Source of the DNA: Macrostomum lignano
Taxonomy: Eukaryota
Length of the DNA stretch: 64,000 nt
Reading direction: 5' to 3'
Assembly (NCBI GenBank): GCA_002269645.1
Contig: NIVC01001952.1
Coordinates: 124,001 to 188,000 of the forward strand
The position numbers and the translations under genes were made by a program. The notes beneath the pieces were generated by a model. It did not search any database. It was not told the DNA's origin and worked only from the letters and a program-made list of their open reading frames with translations. Positions 50,046-62,423 of the stretch are shown piece by piece. Every line of letters begins with the position of its first letter. Position 1 is the stretch's first letter.

Positions 50046-51174
50046 TGAGTCAAATCTGTTAGTGAAATCCAGTATACTAAAGTGAGGGTATGTGTTTCAT
50101 TTAGAAAATTAATGGCTCAACCGATTCTCATCAAGCTGTTCCTACTAAAACTTGGGTACCACTATTATTGAGTGCAATTGTGATTCAGAGCATGGATTGG
50201 AACGAATCTACAAGGACTTCTAATTAGCTGACCTTGAGAATCACATTGGCTGGGTCGCTCTCTAACCCTGGAGGGGGAGGACATTAGGATAGCCATACCC
50301 CGTTAAGAGGGGGAAGCGCCATCAGTGCGTTCTGGCTTGATATGCAGTTGCAAATTAATAATTTGGCTTCTGTATCAGATGCGCCACACAGGCTGACCAG
50401 CATTCGCCACTGTGGAACAGCTCCCTAGAGTGACATTCTCCAAAGCAGCCCAAGAATGGACAATGGGAGAAAATGGGATTCTAGTTCGTGTGCAACACTT
50501 TCCATTTCTATGAGATATTTCTCTACAGAATCATGCAGTAACAGCGTGTGAAATATTTGGCAACACAAATCTCTGTCTCTCTGCTGTGGGAGCAAAGATC
50601 CCAAAGTTTGTAGCCCATAGGCAAAGGAAATTTGTTCCAAAATCCTCCACCAGGCCTCTGACTGGGAGGGCTGGGCATTGGGTCATTTTTCCCACCGGAA
50701 TTTTCCCCAAGCACATGGGCATCCCTGCTGTCTTAAAACAGAGGGGGACAGAGAAGCAGTGCTCCTAGCAGAAGATTTCCGCAAAAGATTTCGCATTGAA
50801 TGCATCGATTCATGTCTGTATTTCCTTTTGCGCCACCCGAGATGCACTTTTACGCCTTTCAGAGGCTGAGTACACCAACGCTGAATTAAAAATACACCAG
50901 ATTAAAGTTCCCCCAGCCCGTCTGAAGATCGTTTATTGAACTGGTTCGAGTCTTCACCCAGCAATAACTGGGATTAGGGAGACCATTTGATTCCCAGGAA
51001 ACCGGAAGTGAGGGGGCCGTTGAGGGGGAAGTGAGTGGGAAATATGAGGCTTGAAATAAAAACTTTTTAATTTCTTTATTTTTTGGCGTCTGGATACGTT
51101 AGACTATTTGAGACCCCCGTATTTCAGATCATCACAGTCAAAAGATCCAACATCCTTATTATACTGTTTCGCGA

Positions 51175-52000
51175 GTTCACCATAAGTTCACCATATTTAC
51201 AAGTTCACCATTTTATACAATTCACCATATTCACAAGTTCACCATTTTATACAGTTCACCATATTCACAAGTTCACCATTTTATACAATTCACCATATTC
51301 ACAATTTCACCAATTACACATACAGACTGATTACACAAATCACCATATTCACAGGTTCAGCAATTAAACTGTTCACCAATCACAAAATTCATCATATTCA
51401 CAGGTTCAGCAATTAAACTGTTCACCAATCACAAAATTCATCATATTCACAGGTTCAGCAATTAAACTGTTCACCAATCACAAAATTCATCATATTCACA
51501 GGTTCAGCAATTAAACTGTTCACCAATCACACAATTCAGCATATTCACAGGTTCAGCAATTAAACTGTTCACCAATCACACAATTCAGCATATTCACAGG
51601 TTCAGCAATTAAACTGTTCACCAATCACACAATTCACCATATTCACAGGCTCAACCAATACACTGTTCACGAATCACACAATTCACCATATTCACAGGCT
51701 CAGCCAATACACTGTTCACCAATCACACAATTCACCATATTCACAGGCTCAGCCAATACACTGTTCACGAATCACACAATTCACCATATTCACAGGCTCA
51801 GCCAATACACTGTTCACGAATCACACAATTCACCATATTCACAGGCTCAGCCAATACACTGTTCACGAATCACACAATTCACCATATTCACAGGCTCAGC
51901 CAATACACTGTTCACGAATCACACAATTCACCATATTCACAGGCTCAGCCAATACACTGTTCACGAATCACACAATTCACCATATTCACAGGTTCAGCAT
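51175..52000. repeat. Satellite maturing from ~24-25-bp CACCATATTCACAAGTT-type monomers to a 49-bp unit
   Basis: The unit TTCACAGGCTCAGCCAATACACTGTTCACGAATCACACAATTCACCATA is repeated at the 3' end; a GGTTCAGCAATTAAACTG variant occupies the middle. Confidence 0.93.
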
Positions 52001-52516
52001 AACATAAGCAAAGTTCAAAATTCTCACATTTGCACAAGCTCCTTCTCGGTAAACACTTGAGCGACTCTCCTTCCAGTCCCAAGCCCCCCCCCCCCCGATC
52101 CCAAGCCATTGAGCCTCCACCTTCACTTTTTTTGTCTTCCCTGCCCTGTTGAGAGAGACGCGAGCGGTGCGAAAGAATCCAGCTAGCGGTCAGGCTTATT
52201 TAATCCAGCCAGGAACTAAATGTTGAAGTGTCTGCAAGAGGTAGAAAGGTTAGCGAAAGACTCTAGAATGGAGGGCTCTGACAAGTGTATCAGCTGTCAG
52301 CGGATCCCTGAAGACCCCCGTGCCTCTTGGCCTGCACGCTGCAGTTCCTCCCAGCGGCCAATGGGAACGGATAGGAGTGGAGGAACGTGTGGTTCCTCCA
52401 TAGCTGTGGAGGAACGCTTGTCGAGCCATCCAATCAACGGGGGAATTGCCTGCATATTTTTGAACAGGACAGGCGTGACGCGAAGCATTGAAACCAAGTG
52501 GACCCAGAGGAGCCCA

Positions 52517-52564
52517 GATCAGACCAAGGATCAGACCAAGGATCAGACCAAGGATCAGACCAAG
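52517..52564. repeat. 12-bp repeat GATCAGACCAAG (~4 copies) upstream of the GPCR ATG
   Basis: Direct reading; source of the RIRPRIRP N-terminal extension in the ORF track. Confidence 0.9.
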
Positions 52565-52640
52565 CCTGTCTCCCATTCATCTCCGCTCGGCAATGTTGGA
52601 CCTCGTGGCCAGTTTAGTCTCGCGTTCCCCGACAAGGGAT

Positions 52641-54071
52641 ATGCAGGTGGACCAGTTGCATCACAACCTTGACAAGCTGAAGACTCACATTAACAAGTCT
52701 TCGTACGGGAATTCCACAAAGATGTACGACAAAGTTCTCGACCAGGAGAGCAAGCATTTTCTACGCCTATTAAAAGAGCAACTAGGCGCGTTGCTGGATA
52801 TCATCGCCGTGGTGATAGTTGTCATGGCGATCGCGTCGCTTATTGGCAATTCTCTGGTCTGCTGCGTGCTCTACCGGCGCCGCAGCCTGCGCACCGTGAC
52901 AAACATTTTCCTGCTGAACCTGTCGGTGGCGCAGATCATCCTGGCCTGCGTGGCCATCCCCATCAACTTGTTGAAGCTGTTTGTCTTCTTTGACAACTGG
53001 AACCTGGGCAACGCTATCTGCACAATGGCCTATTTTGCCAACAGCCTGTGCATCAGCGTCAGCAGCTTCACCCTGGTGTGCATCGCCGTTGATCGCTACC
53101 GCGTCATCGTGTCGCCGTTGAAACCGCGATTCACCAAGCGAGCAGTCAAGCTGATGATTGCAGCTTGCTGGGTGGCTTCCGTGCTGCTGGGCCTGCTCAA
53201 CTGCCGGGTGCTGTTCCCGCACAGCTCAACTAATCAAGTGCAGCGAGTCTACAAGACGCAGGACACCACAGTCTGCGCCTTCATGCCGCTCGACAAGTCC
53301 ATCATCCGGCTGAGCCTGAGCTGCATCAGCTTCCTCACTCAATACGTGCTGCCCCTGGCTTTCATTGTGCTCATCTACGCCCGCATCATCCACACCCTGT
53401 GGATTGCCAAGTCCGTCCTGGGCGGCGCCGGCAACCAGAACGGCGAGGCGGCGGCTAATAACGGCGCCGCACACGGCATGCGCATCGTGACACGCAAGAA
53501 GACCATCGTGATGCTGGTGGTTGTCATGCTGCTATTCTTCATCTCCTGGTCGCCGATCCACCTGTATGTCATTTCTAGCAACTGGCGGCCGGTCAGCCAG
53601 GGTCACACGGAAATCCTGGCTCACGCGATCTGCTACTGGGTGGCCATGAGCAACATCTGGTACAATCCGATCATCTACGCCTGGCTCAATGGCAAGTTCA
53701 GGCGCTCCCTGGCCCTCATCATCTGCGCCTGCCAGGCCCGACGGCGCGGCGGCGGCGCCATCGGCGGCGGAGGCGGAGGCGGAGGCGGCGCTGGCGGAGG
53801 CAGAGTCGGCGGCGGAGGCGTCGGCGGTGACGGAGGCGGCGGGGCGGCCATCGCCGGCATGGGCGGAGACGAAGATGCCGGAATTGGCGGTCGGGCCAGC
53901 GGCGGCAGCCGGCACTGGGACGGCGACCCGGTGGAGATGGACCTGCTGTACAACCGGAACCCCGGGCCAAAGCAGAAGCCGAAGCCGCAGCACGATTTCG
54001 CATCATCCGACACCGGCGACTCGAGCCGGAAAGCCCTGGCTGTGGGCTGTCAGAATCGCCGGTCTACCTGA
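52641..54071 (+). CDS. Intronless rhodopsin-class neuropeptide-type GPCR (NPY/RYamide-luqin/tachykinin-like group), 476 aa from ATG 52641
   Basis: N-glycosylation sequons NKS and NST; TM1 GNSLV; LRTVTNIFLLNLSVAQ; WNLGNAIC; AVDRY; ECL2 Cys (TTVC); YVLPL; RKKTIVMLVVV..FFISWSP; WVAMSNIWYNPIIYAWLNGKFR; Gly-rich C-tail. Ligand class not assignable by eye. Confidence 0.93.
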   Translation: MQVDQLHHNLDKLKTHINKSSYGNSTKMYDKVLDQESKHFLRLLKEQLGALLDIIAVVIVVMAIASLIGNSLVCCVLYRRRSLRTVTNIFLLNLSVAQIILACVAIPINLLKLFVFFDNWNLGNAICTMAYFANSLCISVSSFTLVCIAVDRYRVIVSPLKPRFTKRAVKLMIAACWVASVLLGLLNCRVLFPHSSTNQVQRVYKTQDTTVCAFMPLDKSIIRLSLSCISFLTQYVLPLAFIVLIYARIIHTLWIAKSVLGGAGNQNGEAAANNGAAHGMRIVTRKKTIVMLVVVMLLFFISWSPIHLYVISSNWRPVSQGHTEILAHAICYWVAMSNIWYNPIIYAWLNGKFRRSLALIICACQARRRGGGAIGGGGGGGGGAGGGRVGGGGVGGDGGGGAAIAGMGGDEDAGIGGRASGGSRHWDGDPVEMDLLYNRNPGPKQKPKPQHDFASSDTGDSSRKALAVGCQNRRST

Positions 54072-54590
54072 GTGTCACCTGACTGTAACCTGAGTGTCAC
54101 CTGAGTGTCACCTGAATGTAACCTGAGTGTCACCTGACTGTAACCTGAGTGTCACCTGACTGTAACCTGAGTGTCACCTGACTGTAACCTGAGTGTCACC
54201 CGACTGTAACCTGAGTGTCACCTGACTGTAACCTGAGTGTCATCTGACTGTAACCTGAGTGTCACCTGACTGTAACCTGAGTGTCACCTGACTGTAACCT
54301 GAGTGTCACCCGACTGTAACCTGAGTGTCACCCGACTGTAACCTGAGTGTCACCTGACTGTCACCTGAGTGTCACCCGACTGTAACCTGAGTGTCACCTG
54401 ACTGTAACCTGAGTGTCACCTGACTGTAACCTGAGTGTCACCTGACTGTAACCTGAGTGTCACCTGACTGTAACCTGAGTGTCACCTGACTGTAACCTGA
54501 GTGTCACCTGACTGTAACCTGAGTGTCACCCGATTGTCATTCGAGTGTAACCTGAGTGCCAGTCGAATGTCACCTGAGTCTCACCTGAGC
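54066..54590. repeat. 22-bp minisatellite CCTGAGTGTCACCTGACTGTAA starting at the GPCR stop codon
   Basis: Tandem copies; the first unit contains the TGA at 54069-54071. Confidence 0.96.
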
Positions 54591-55959
54591 GTCATTTTAA
54601 TATCGTGACAAACAAAAGAATTATCAGATGCATCCACCTCAAACAAACGAAAACTTGATGCACTTTACTGTCTGCTGAGTCGCACCAGGGACACACAAAA
54701 AGCACTATCAGTTAAACTGTACTTCTATTGATTCTTGCCGGCGAGTATCCAAGCCTGACAGAGCCTCACACTGTCCAAGTTCTCGAAGCTTTACTTAGGG
54801 GAAAATCCTAATAAATCAATGGTAAGTAATACTTTTTTCTCTGGAGCAGAGAGAGAGAGAGAGAGAGAGAGCCGCGGGAAGTCCGGAGCGGTCCGAGCAG
54901 AGTTTTGCGTCTGTGAATTAACTGAGTGCCCGTCTTAAACCAAGCCCACCTTTGTGCGTCCCTCGCTTGATTGAGTCAGTGACGTTGAGTCAGTGTTCAA
55001 ACGTTAAAACATTGCCGTTTTTCTTCCGCGGCATTTGCTTTGTTGCTTTCGTATCCCCCTTAGCACTGTCAAACACAATTATTATTTTCATATTTTTTGC
55101 TTAGTATTGTACTGGTACAATTCCGATTTCTGCTCCTAGAATCTGTCCTCCGAGAATAGCGCGATTTTCTTCTCTTGCAAAACTCTGTGGCTTTTTGGCA
55201 AACCGCTATCTATAGCTCGCGTGGAATGCATAAACTACAGGGGGATTGTTAATCCCCTTTTATTAGAATCCCAGGGCTGGTGAGTCTCTCAATTACCTTC
55301 TCTTGTGTCGTCCGTCTCCCTTCTCCCCTGTCTCTTTCATCCCTTAATATGATCCATTTTTGCCGCTTAATACATGTACAACAGGCGTCGGCAAACGACA
55401 TGCGACCCACGAAGCCACTCTAAAACTTCACAATAGCAACCCGGTCCATCATCAAGCTTCGCCTCTTCTCTCCTCTCTCTTATCTTCTCTCGAATCTCAT
55501 ACTTCTTCTCTCTCTCTTCTCTTTTCTACTTTATTCCCTCGCCTCTCTTTTCTCTTTCTTCTCTTCTCTCTCTTCCCTCCGACCTGCAGTCACGTGCTAG
55601 GTTTTTTATTTGGCCCTTAAAGTAGAAACGTTTGCCAACCCCTGATGTACAAGGTACTCGCAGGATTCCTTTTACAGGTGTACTTAGTAGACGTTACCAT
55701 ACTGACCCACAAATATCTATTTTTATCTGTGTTGTTACTGACGTAAAAAACCGACAAAAAATAAACGTAATCAGTCTCCGCGTGACGAATCCCCTGTTTC
55801 TAAACTTTGCTGTGTAACAAATCTTCAGAAATTGCATTGACATTTTCCTAATTAACTAGAGAGCTTGGATTATCCGGGTTACAGAATCCGTGCTTCATCA
55901 AAAATAAATAGACTGCTCAATGATCAATTTAAAAAAATAGAAGTCATGCAACTAACAGT

Positions 55960-56345
55960 GACGCACAATGAGAGATTAAGAGTGACGCACAATGACAGAT
56001 TAAGAGTGACGCACAATGACAGATTAAGAGTGACGCACAATGACAGATTAAGAGTGACGCACAATGACAGATTAAGAGTGACGCACAATGACAGATTAAG
56101 AGTGACGCACAATGACAGATTAAGAGTGACGCACAATGACAGATTAAGAGTGACGCACAATGACAGATTAAGAGTGACGCACAATGACAGATTAAGAGTG
56201 ACGCACAATGACAGATTAAGAGTGACGCACAATGACAGATTAAGAGTGACGCACAATGACAGATTAAGAGTGACGCACAATGACAGATTAAGAGTGACGC
56301 ACAATGACAGATTAAGAGTGACGCACAATGACAGATTAAGAGTGC
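55960..56345. repeat. 24-bp minisatellite GTGACGCACAATGACAGATTAAGA
   Basis: About 16 nearly identical copies. Confidence 0.98.
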
Positions 56346-57194
56346 CACCCGTAAAGAAGAGATTAAAAGAACTCAACCGCTCCATTGGTGAGCAACAATA
56401 TCTCTTTATAAAAAAACTTTTCATATTTTGCATTGTGATTTTTTACTTATTGAAATCCCATTGAATCCAAGCGGATTGAATTTGATTAATGGAAGCACCT
56501 TTCCCATTTGCGTCAGGTAAAATTTCGGTAGATACAGTAAACTGAGGCTGTCCTTTTTGGAGTGAACCTGCATTCGAGATTATTAAGCTTTGTGTTTGCT
56601 TAGCGCGTCCCAATGTCTGTCTCCCGGATCCGTGACTTGCGCACCAACCCCCAATCTTAAACCCAAGCTCAAGCCTAGTCCGGGTTCATCTCTCCAGTTG
56701 AGACGTCCAGCCGAAAGAAAAAAGTCAACAAACATCACCCGATTCCACTCCTTCGGCAGCGGGCATTCCTTCTTTAGCCCTCTCTGGTCTCGCCCGCCCT
56801 CCCGCAACCCCCATCCCAACCCCGGCCGGCTTGAGGGGATGGAGGGATGGATGGATTATGAGTTCTAAGCTGAGGAGAGAGCCGGGCTGATCCCCTCCTC
56901 TCTCTCTCTCTCTCTCTCTCTCTCATTCTCCCTCCTTGTCTCCCAACCATTATTTTTATAGTCCTAAAACCCATTAAGCCGCCTTCTGCTCGCTTGTCTG
57001 CTTTGCCACTTTATGTCTTGAACAGGACAGGACAATTCCGTAAATTGAGAAAAGCAGGGAGGTCTGAGAATCTGAGTACAGAGTTAGAGACTCCTTCTGC
57101 CGAGATCTTAAAAAGCTAAACTTTTCTTTGCTGAGTTCCTTTCACACGGCTTTTTTGTACAGAGAAGCTGTTTGCCTGCCAGCAACCAGCCGGG

Positions 57195-57555
57195 CCAAAT
57201 CCCAAATCCCAAATCCCATATCCCAAATCCCATATCTCAAATCCCAAATCCCAAATCCCACATCCCAAATCTCAAATCCCAAATCCCATATCTCAAATCC
57301 CAATTCCCAAATCCCAAATCCCATATCCCAAATCCCAAATCCCAAATCCCATATCCCAAATCCCAAATCCCATATCCCAAATCCCAAATCCCATATCCCA
57401 AATCCCATATCCCAAATCCCATATCCCAAATCCCAAATCCCAAATCCCAAATCCCATATCCCATATCCCATATCCCATATCCCGTATCACAAATCCCAAA
57501 TCCAAAATCTCATATCCCCAGTACCAAATCCCAAATCTCAAATTCAAATCCCAAG
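57195..57555. repeat. 7-bp repeat (CCCAAAT/CCCATAT)n
   Basis: Direct reading; G-rich on the minus strand. Confidence 0.93.
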
Positions 57556-57849
57556 GGAATCTGCGCAGGTACAAATCTTAAATTGGGTCCGGACCTCTTC
57601 TTACTTATGCCGCTTGATTAGTAGGCGTGAGCAATTGAACCAGGGGAGAATGTATTTCCGATTCGCCAGGCAATTTTATAGAAAGCATTCAAGCATGCTG
57701 AGTGCTGTAGCAAAGCAATTAACCGTGCTAAATACATCTATATAGCTATGTTTTTGGAACTACATTAGCATACCTGGATGGCTCCCTGTTGCCGTTATGA
57801 GATAAAGACTATCGATTGCTGCTGTCATTCCTCCCTTCTCTTTCTGCAC

Positions 57850-58830
57850 CCTCCACCCTGCACCCTCCACCCTGCACTCTCCACCCTGCACTCTCCACCC
57901 TGCACTCTCCACCCTGCACTCTCCACCCTGCACTCTCCACCCTGCACTCTCCACCCTGCACTCTCCACCCTGCACTCTCCACCCTGCATTCTCCACCCTG
58001 CATTCTCCACCCTGCATTCTCCACCCTGCACTCTCCACCCTGCACTCTCCACCCTGCATTCTCCACCCTGCACTCTCCACCCTGCACTCTCCACCCTGCA
58101 CTCTCCACCCTGCACTCTCCACCCTGCACCCTCCACCCTGCACTCTCCACCCTGCACTCTCCACCCTGCATTCTCCACCCTGCATTCTCCACCCTGCATT
58201 CTCCACCCTGCACTCTCCACCCTGCATTCTCCACCCTGCACTCTCCACCCTGCACTCTCCACCCTGCACTCTCCACCCTGCACTCTCCACCCTGCACTCT
58301 CCACCCTGCATTCTCCACCCTGCACTCTCCACCCTGCACTCTCCACCCTGCACTCTCCACCCTGCACTCTCCACCCTGCACTCTCCACCCTGCACTCTCC
58401 ACCCTGCACTCTCCACCCTGCACTCTCCACCCTGCACTCTCCACCCTGCACTCTCCACCCTGCACTCTCCACCCTGCACTCTCCACCCTGCGCTCTCCAC
58501 CCTGCACTCTCCTCACTACCCTACACCCTCCTCTCTACCCTGCACTCTCCTCACTACCCTACACCCTCCTGTCTACCCTGCACCCTCCTCACTACCCTAC
58601 ACCCTCCTCTCTACCCTGCACTCTTCTCTCTACGCTCCACCCTCCTCTCTACCCTGCACTCTTCTCTCTACGCTACACCCTCCTCTCTACCCTGCACTCT
58701 TCTCTCTACGCTACACCCTCCTCTCTACCCTGCACTCTTCTCTCTACGCTCCACCCTCCTCTCTACCCTGCACTCTTCTCTCTACGCTACACCCTCCTCT
58801 CTACCCTGCACTCTTCTCTCTACGCTCCAC
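57850..58830. repeat. 14-bp minisatellite CTCTCCACCCTGCA grading after ~58500 into a longer composite unit
   Basis: Direct reading. Confidence 0.96.
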
Positions 58831-59569
58831 CCTCCCTTCTAACCTCTCCACCGCGGCTCTCTGCATGTCTCGACACTGTCTCAGTGAAAGAGGGGTCCCC
58901 CTACACAGACCTATAAATTGCTCACACCACATTATGCCTCTCAATTGTTTTGTTTGTCTATTCTACCTAATTTTCTCTCGAGAATGCTCCACCTACATAA
59001 TTACAGACCATATGAGCAGCCTGGAGCAAAACAGTCAAAACAAGCTCTGAGGCCTTGAAGCAAACTAACGACCGCTCAGATTTAAGAGGCCAAGAAAAGG
59101 TTTCCTCAGGCGCCATTAGCCAGTACTCTTCTCGGCTGCCGGCTTGCTTCCCATATTCCCTCTTCAGCCTTTTCCGGAGCTCAGCCTGAATCCGGTGTAC
59201 CAACTTGGCCCTGTTAATATACATTGCTTATCTTGGGCAAACTTTTTGCAGCTGGCCTGTCAGAAAAAGGAGGAAGTGGGCGTCTCAAACTAATAAATAG
59301 GAGAGAGGGGATTGAATAAAAATAGGGGAGTAGATGCACCGGAAAGTGCCGCTGGAGTCCGGCATACTTCCTAGTTGCTAGGCCAAACTAGCACAATAAT
59401 ACAAATGCACACGTTGGTGCAATTTCTATGCTCAGTTAGAAATCATGTGTTGTTGTAAGCAAATGAGTCAGCTTTGCCCGGCTTTTTTATGCTTCAAATT
59501 CAGGATGGCCATACTTTACTGACTTTTGGCATTTTCATTGATATATTGATTACATGATTTTGTAATTGC

Positions 59570-59574
59570 TTGAC

Positions 59575-59608
<34 letters not shown>

Positions 59609-59641
59609 ATTGATTGGTTGATTGGTTGATTGGTTGATTGG

Positions 59642-59704
<63 letters not shown>

Positions 59705-59768
59705 GTTGGTTGGTTCATTAGTCAATTGATTGATTGATTGGTTGATTGGTTGATTGGTTCATTAGTCA

Positions 59769-59852
<84 letters not shown>

Positions 59853-59945
59853 GTTGGTTGATTGGTTGATTGGTCAATCGATTGATTGATTGATTGATTG
59901 ATTGGTTGGTTGATTGGTTGATTGGTCAATCGATTGATTGATTGA
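59570..59945. repeat. (GATT)n/(GGTT)n microsatellite
   Basis: Direct reading. Confidence 0.95.
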
Positions 59946-60529
59946 AAGATCGATTGAATGATGGATGGATATTCTGATTTATTGGTTCAATGATTTATTG
60001 ATCAATGCACGATTGATTGACTGGGTGGCTTATTGATTGTGTTATTGTAAATTAGACGGCTTGTTTATTGACTGCATGGCGACTAGATTACTCAGAGTGT
60101 TGATTGATTGATCGATTAATAAAATTGTGGAGACGAAGAAAAACCGGGGCAAAGTTGCTTGGAGCTCTGTGACAGAAAATTTTTTTCAATTTCTTTTTGA
60201 CAACCCGCTGGCGGGCACAGACTTCCTGACACTTCTGTCCTCAAACTGATGCCGGCAGCTGGCACAAATCCTTGACAGCCGGTGGGAGTCTCCAAGGTAT
60301 TTTTCTGCCCTTCAGTATTGATTCCTATTCTAGCGTATGACCTGATCACTGGAATTTTCCAAATGCACTGTACTTTGCTAGCTTTTGTAAGTAGAAAAAG
60401 AAATCGCACACTTCCAAGAGTTTCTCTTTCTTTCGTTAATTAATTAGTTTCAGAACTCAGTACTGCAGCTCCTTTCCCAACTTCTTTCTTTCCCAGAAGC
60501 CTTTCTCTGGACTCCAGTCTCGTCTGTAT

Positions 60530-60531
60530 CC

Positions 60532-60627
<96 letters not shown>

Positions 60628-60731
60628 GTCTCCTCTCTATCCTGTCTCCTCTCTCTCTCTCCTGTCTCCTCTCTATCCTGTCTCCTCTCTCTCCTGTCTC
60701 CTCTCTCTCTCGTGTCTCCTCTCTATCCAGT

Positions 60732-60766
<35 letters not shown>

Positions 60767-61225
60767 TCTCCTCTCTCTCTCGTGTCTCCTCTCTATCCTG
60801 TCTCCTCTCTCTCCTGTCTCCTCTCTCTCTCCTGTCTCCTCTCTATCCAGTCTCTTCTCTCTCTCTCCTGTCTTCTCTCTCTCCTGTCTTCTCTCTCTCC
60901 TGTCTCCTCTCTATCCAGTCTCTTCTCTCTCTCTCCTGTCTTCTCTCTCTCCTGTCTTCTCTCTCTCCTGTCTCCTCTCTCTCTCCTGTCTCCTCTCTAT
61001 CCAGTCTCTTCTCTCTCTCTCCTGTCTTCTCTCTCTCCTGTCTTCTCTCTCTCCTGTCTCCTCTCTATCCAGTCTCTTCTCTCTCTCTCTCTCTGTCTCT
61101 CCTGTCTCCTCTCTCTCTCCTGTCTCCTCTCTCTCCTGTCTCCTCTCTCTCCTGTCTCCTCTCTCTCTCGTGTCTCCTCTCTATCCAGTATCTTCTCTCT
61201 CTCCTGTCTCCTCTCTCCTTTCTCT
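60530..61225. repeat. (CT)n microsatellite and derived CTCCTGTCT(CT)n repeats
   Basis: Direct reading. Confidence 0.94.
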
Positions 61226-61774
61226 CCTTCGGATTAGGTGTATTTATCCTCATCTCTCTTCCCTCTTTATAGTGCGGATGAGGAGAAAGGGAAATATGGA
61301 AGGGAAAGCCGTGGCCGAGACCCAGGAGAAGGCGCAGGCGGTTCCCAAGCAGCTGGCTTACTAAAGAGGAGGTAGTGGTCCCGAACTCTCCCCAGTTTCT
61401 CGGACCCTCTCTCCATAGCAGCAGAACCAGCCTCTCTCATTAAGCCGGCCTGCTCAACTGCATGCACTCCAGCTGCAGAAGGCAATGAGTGCAGACCTGC
61501 AGTTCGCCAAGGGAAATAGAAAAAAAAATTATTCTCAAATTGAGCCGGACAGCTTGAGCTAACCTCTGTATCCACCCCGACCGTAACTGGCTGCACTGGA
61601 GTCATTTCTGGGGTCTGCCAAAGAGGCCCAGAAGGAGAGCTTGGAGTGCCAACTCTTGCCTAAACTCAAACCATTTTCCAGACTGATTGCAGTTATTCCG
61701 CTTTTAGCAAACTTCGTCTCTAAGATGTCCGTATCTTATAGAAATTATTAGATTCTAAGCATCCCCTGCGAAAT

Positions 61775-61990
61775 TCCCTGTGTCTCAGTGTCACTCCCTG
61801 TGTCTCAGTGTCACTCCCTGTGTCTCAGTGTCACTCCCTGTGTCTCAGTGTCACTCCCTGTGTCTCAGTGTCACTCCCTGTGTCTCAGTGTCATTCCCTG
61901 TGTCTCAGTGTCACTCCCTGTGTCTCAGTGTTATTTCCTGTGTCTTAAAGTCACTCCCTGTGTCTCAAAGTCCTTTTCAGTGTCTCAGTG
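61775..61990. repeat. 20-bp minisatellite CCCTGTGTCTCAGTGTCACT
   Basis: Three copies per 60-nt line. Confidence 0.96.
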
Positions 61991-62423
61991 TCCATTGCCA
62001 CAGAAGTGCATTCGACCGCAGACAATAAATCCAATTAAGTCGGTCATTCTATCAAGTAGAGATGAAGTTCTGTGGTCTAAACACCTTTAGTTGAAAATTA
62101 TTTACTTTTTTTTAGCCATTAGAAAGGGCATTCCTTTTAGCTCTCTTCTGAGGCCCTGTTCATAAAGCACTGGTCGAACAAATTACAAATTACAAATCGG
62201 CAAAATAATTTGTTTAAAAAAATCAGCTACTGACAAGGTGACAAGAGAAATTTGACAAATTACGAGCGCTATTTCTTCAGGGGTTTCGGCCATAGACTAA
62301 GACACATGCCTCTGTGTGGGACTGCGTCTGCTACTTGTCTATGGCATAAACCTTGTTTGTACATGGTTACTAGTATAGTGAGCGCGGTTCTATGGTAATT
62401 CCGCGGGGGTGCACTCAGAATGA

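Noticed and set aside
50200-51000. Unique, moderately GC-rich stretch with short broken frames (possible decayed transposon gene; similar at 60116-60409)
   Set aside because: Multiple stops and no motif I can name; it needs a Dfam or tBLASTx search.
52488-52640. N-terminal extension of the GPCR in the ORF track (MKPSGPRGAQIRPRIRP...)
   Set aside because: It starts at a non-ATG codon and runs through a 12-bp repeat; the first in-frame ATG is 52641.
57195-57555. (CCCAAAT)n as plant-type telomere repeat
   Set aside because: The unit is ATTTGGG/ATATGGG rather than TTTAGGG, and is interstitial and mixed; treated as an ordinary 7-bp repeat.
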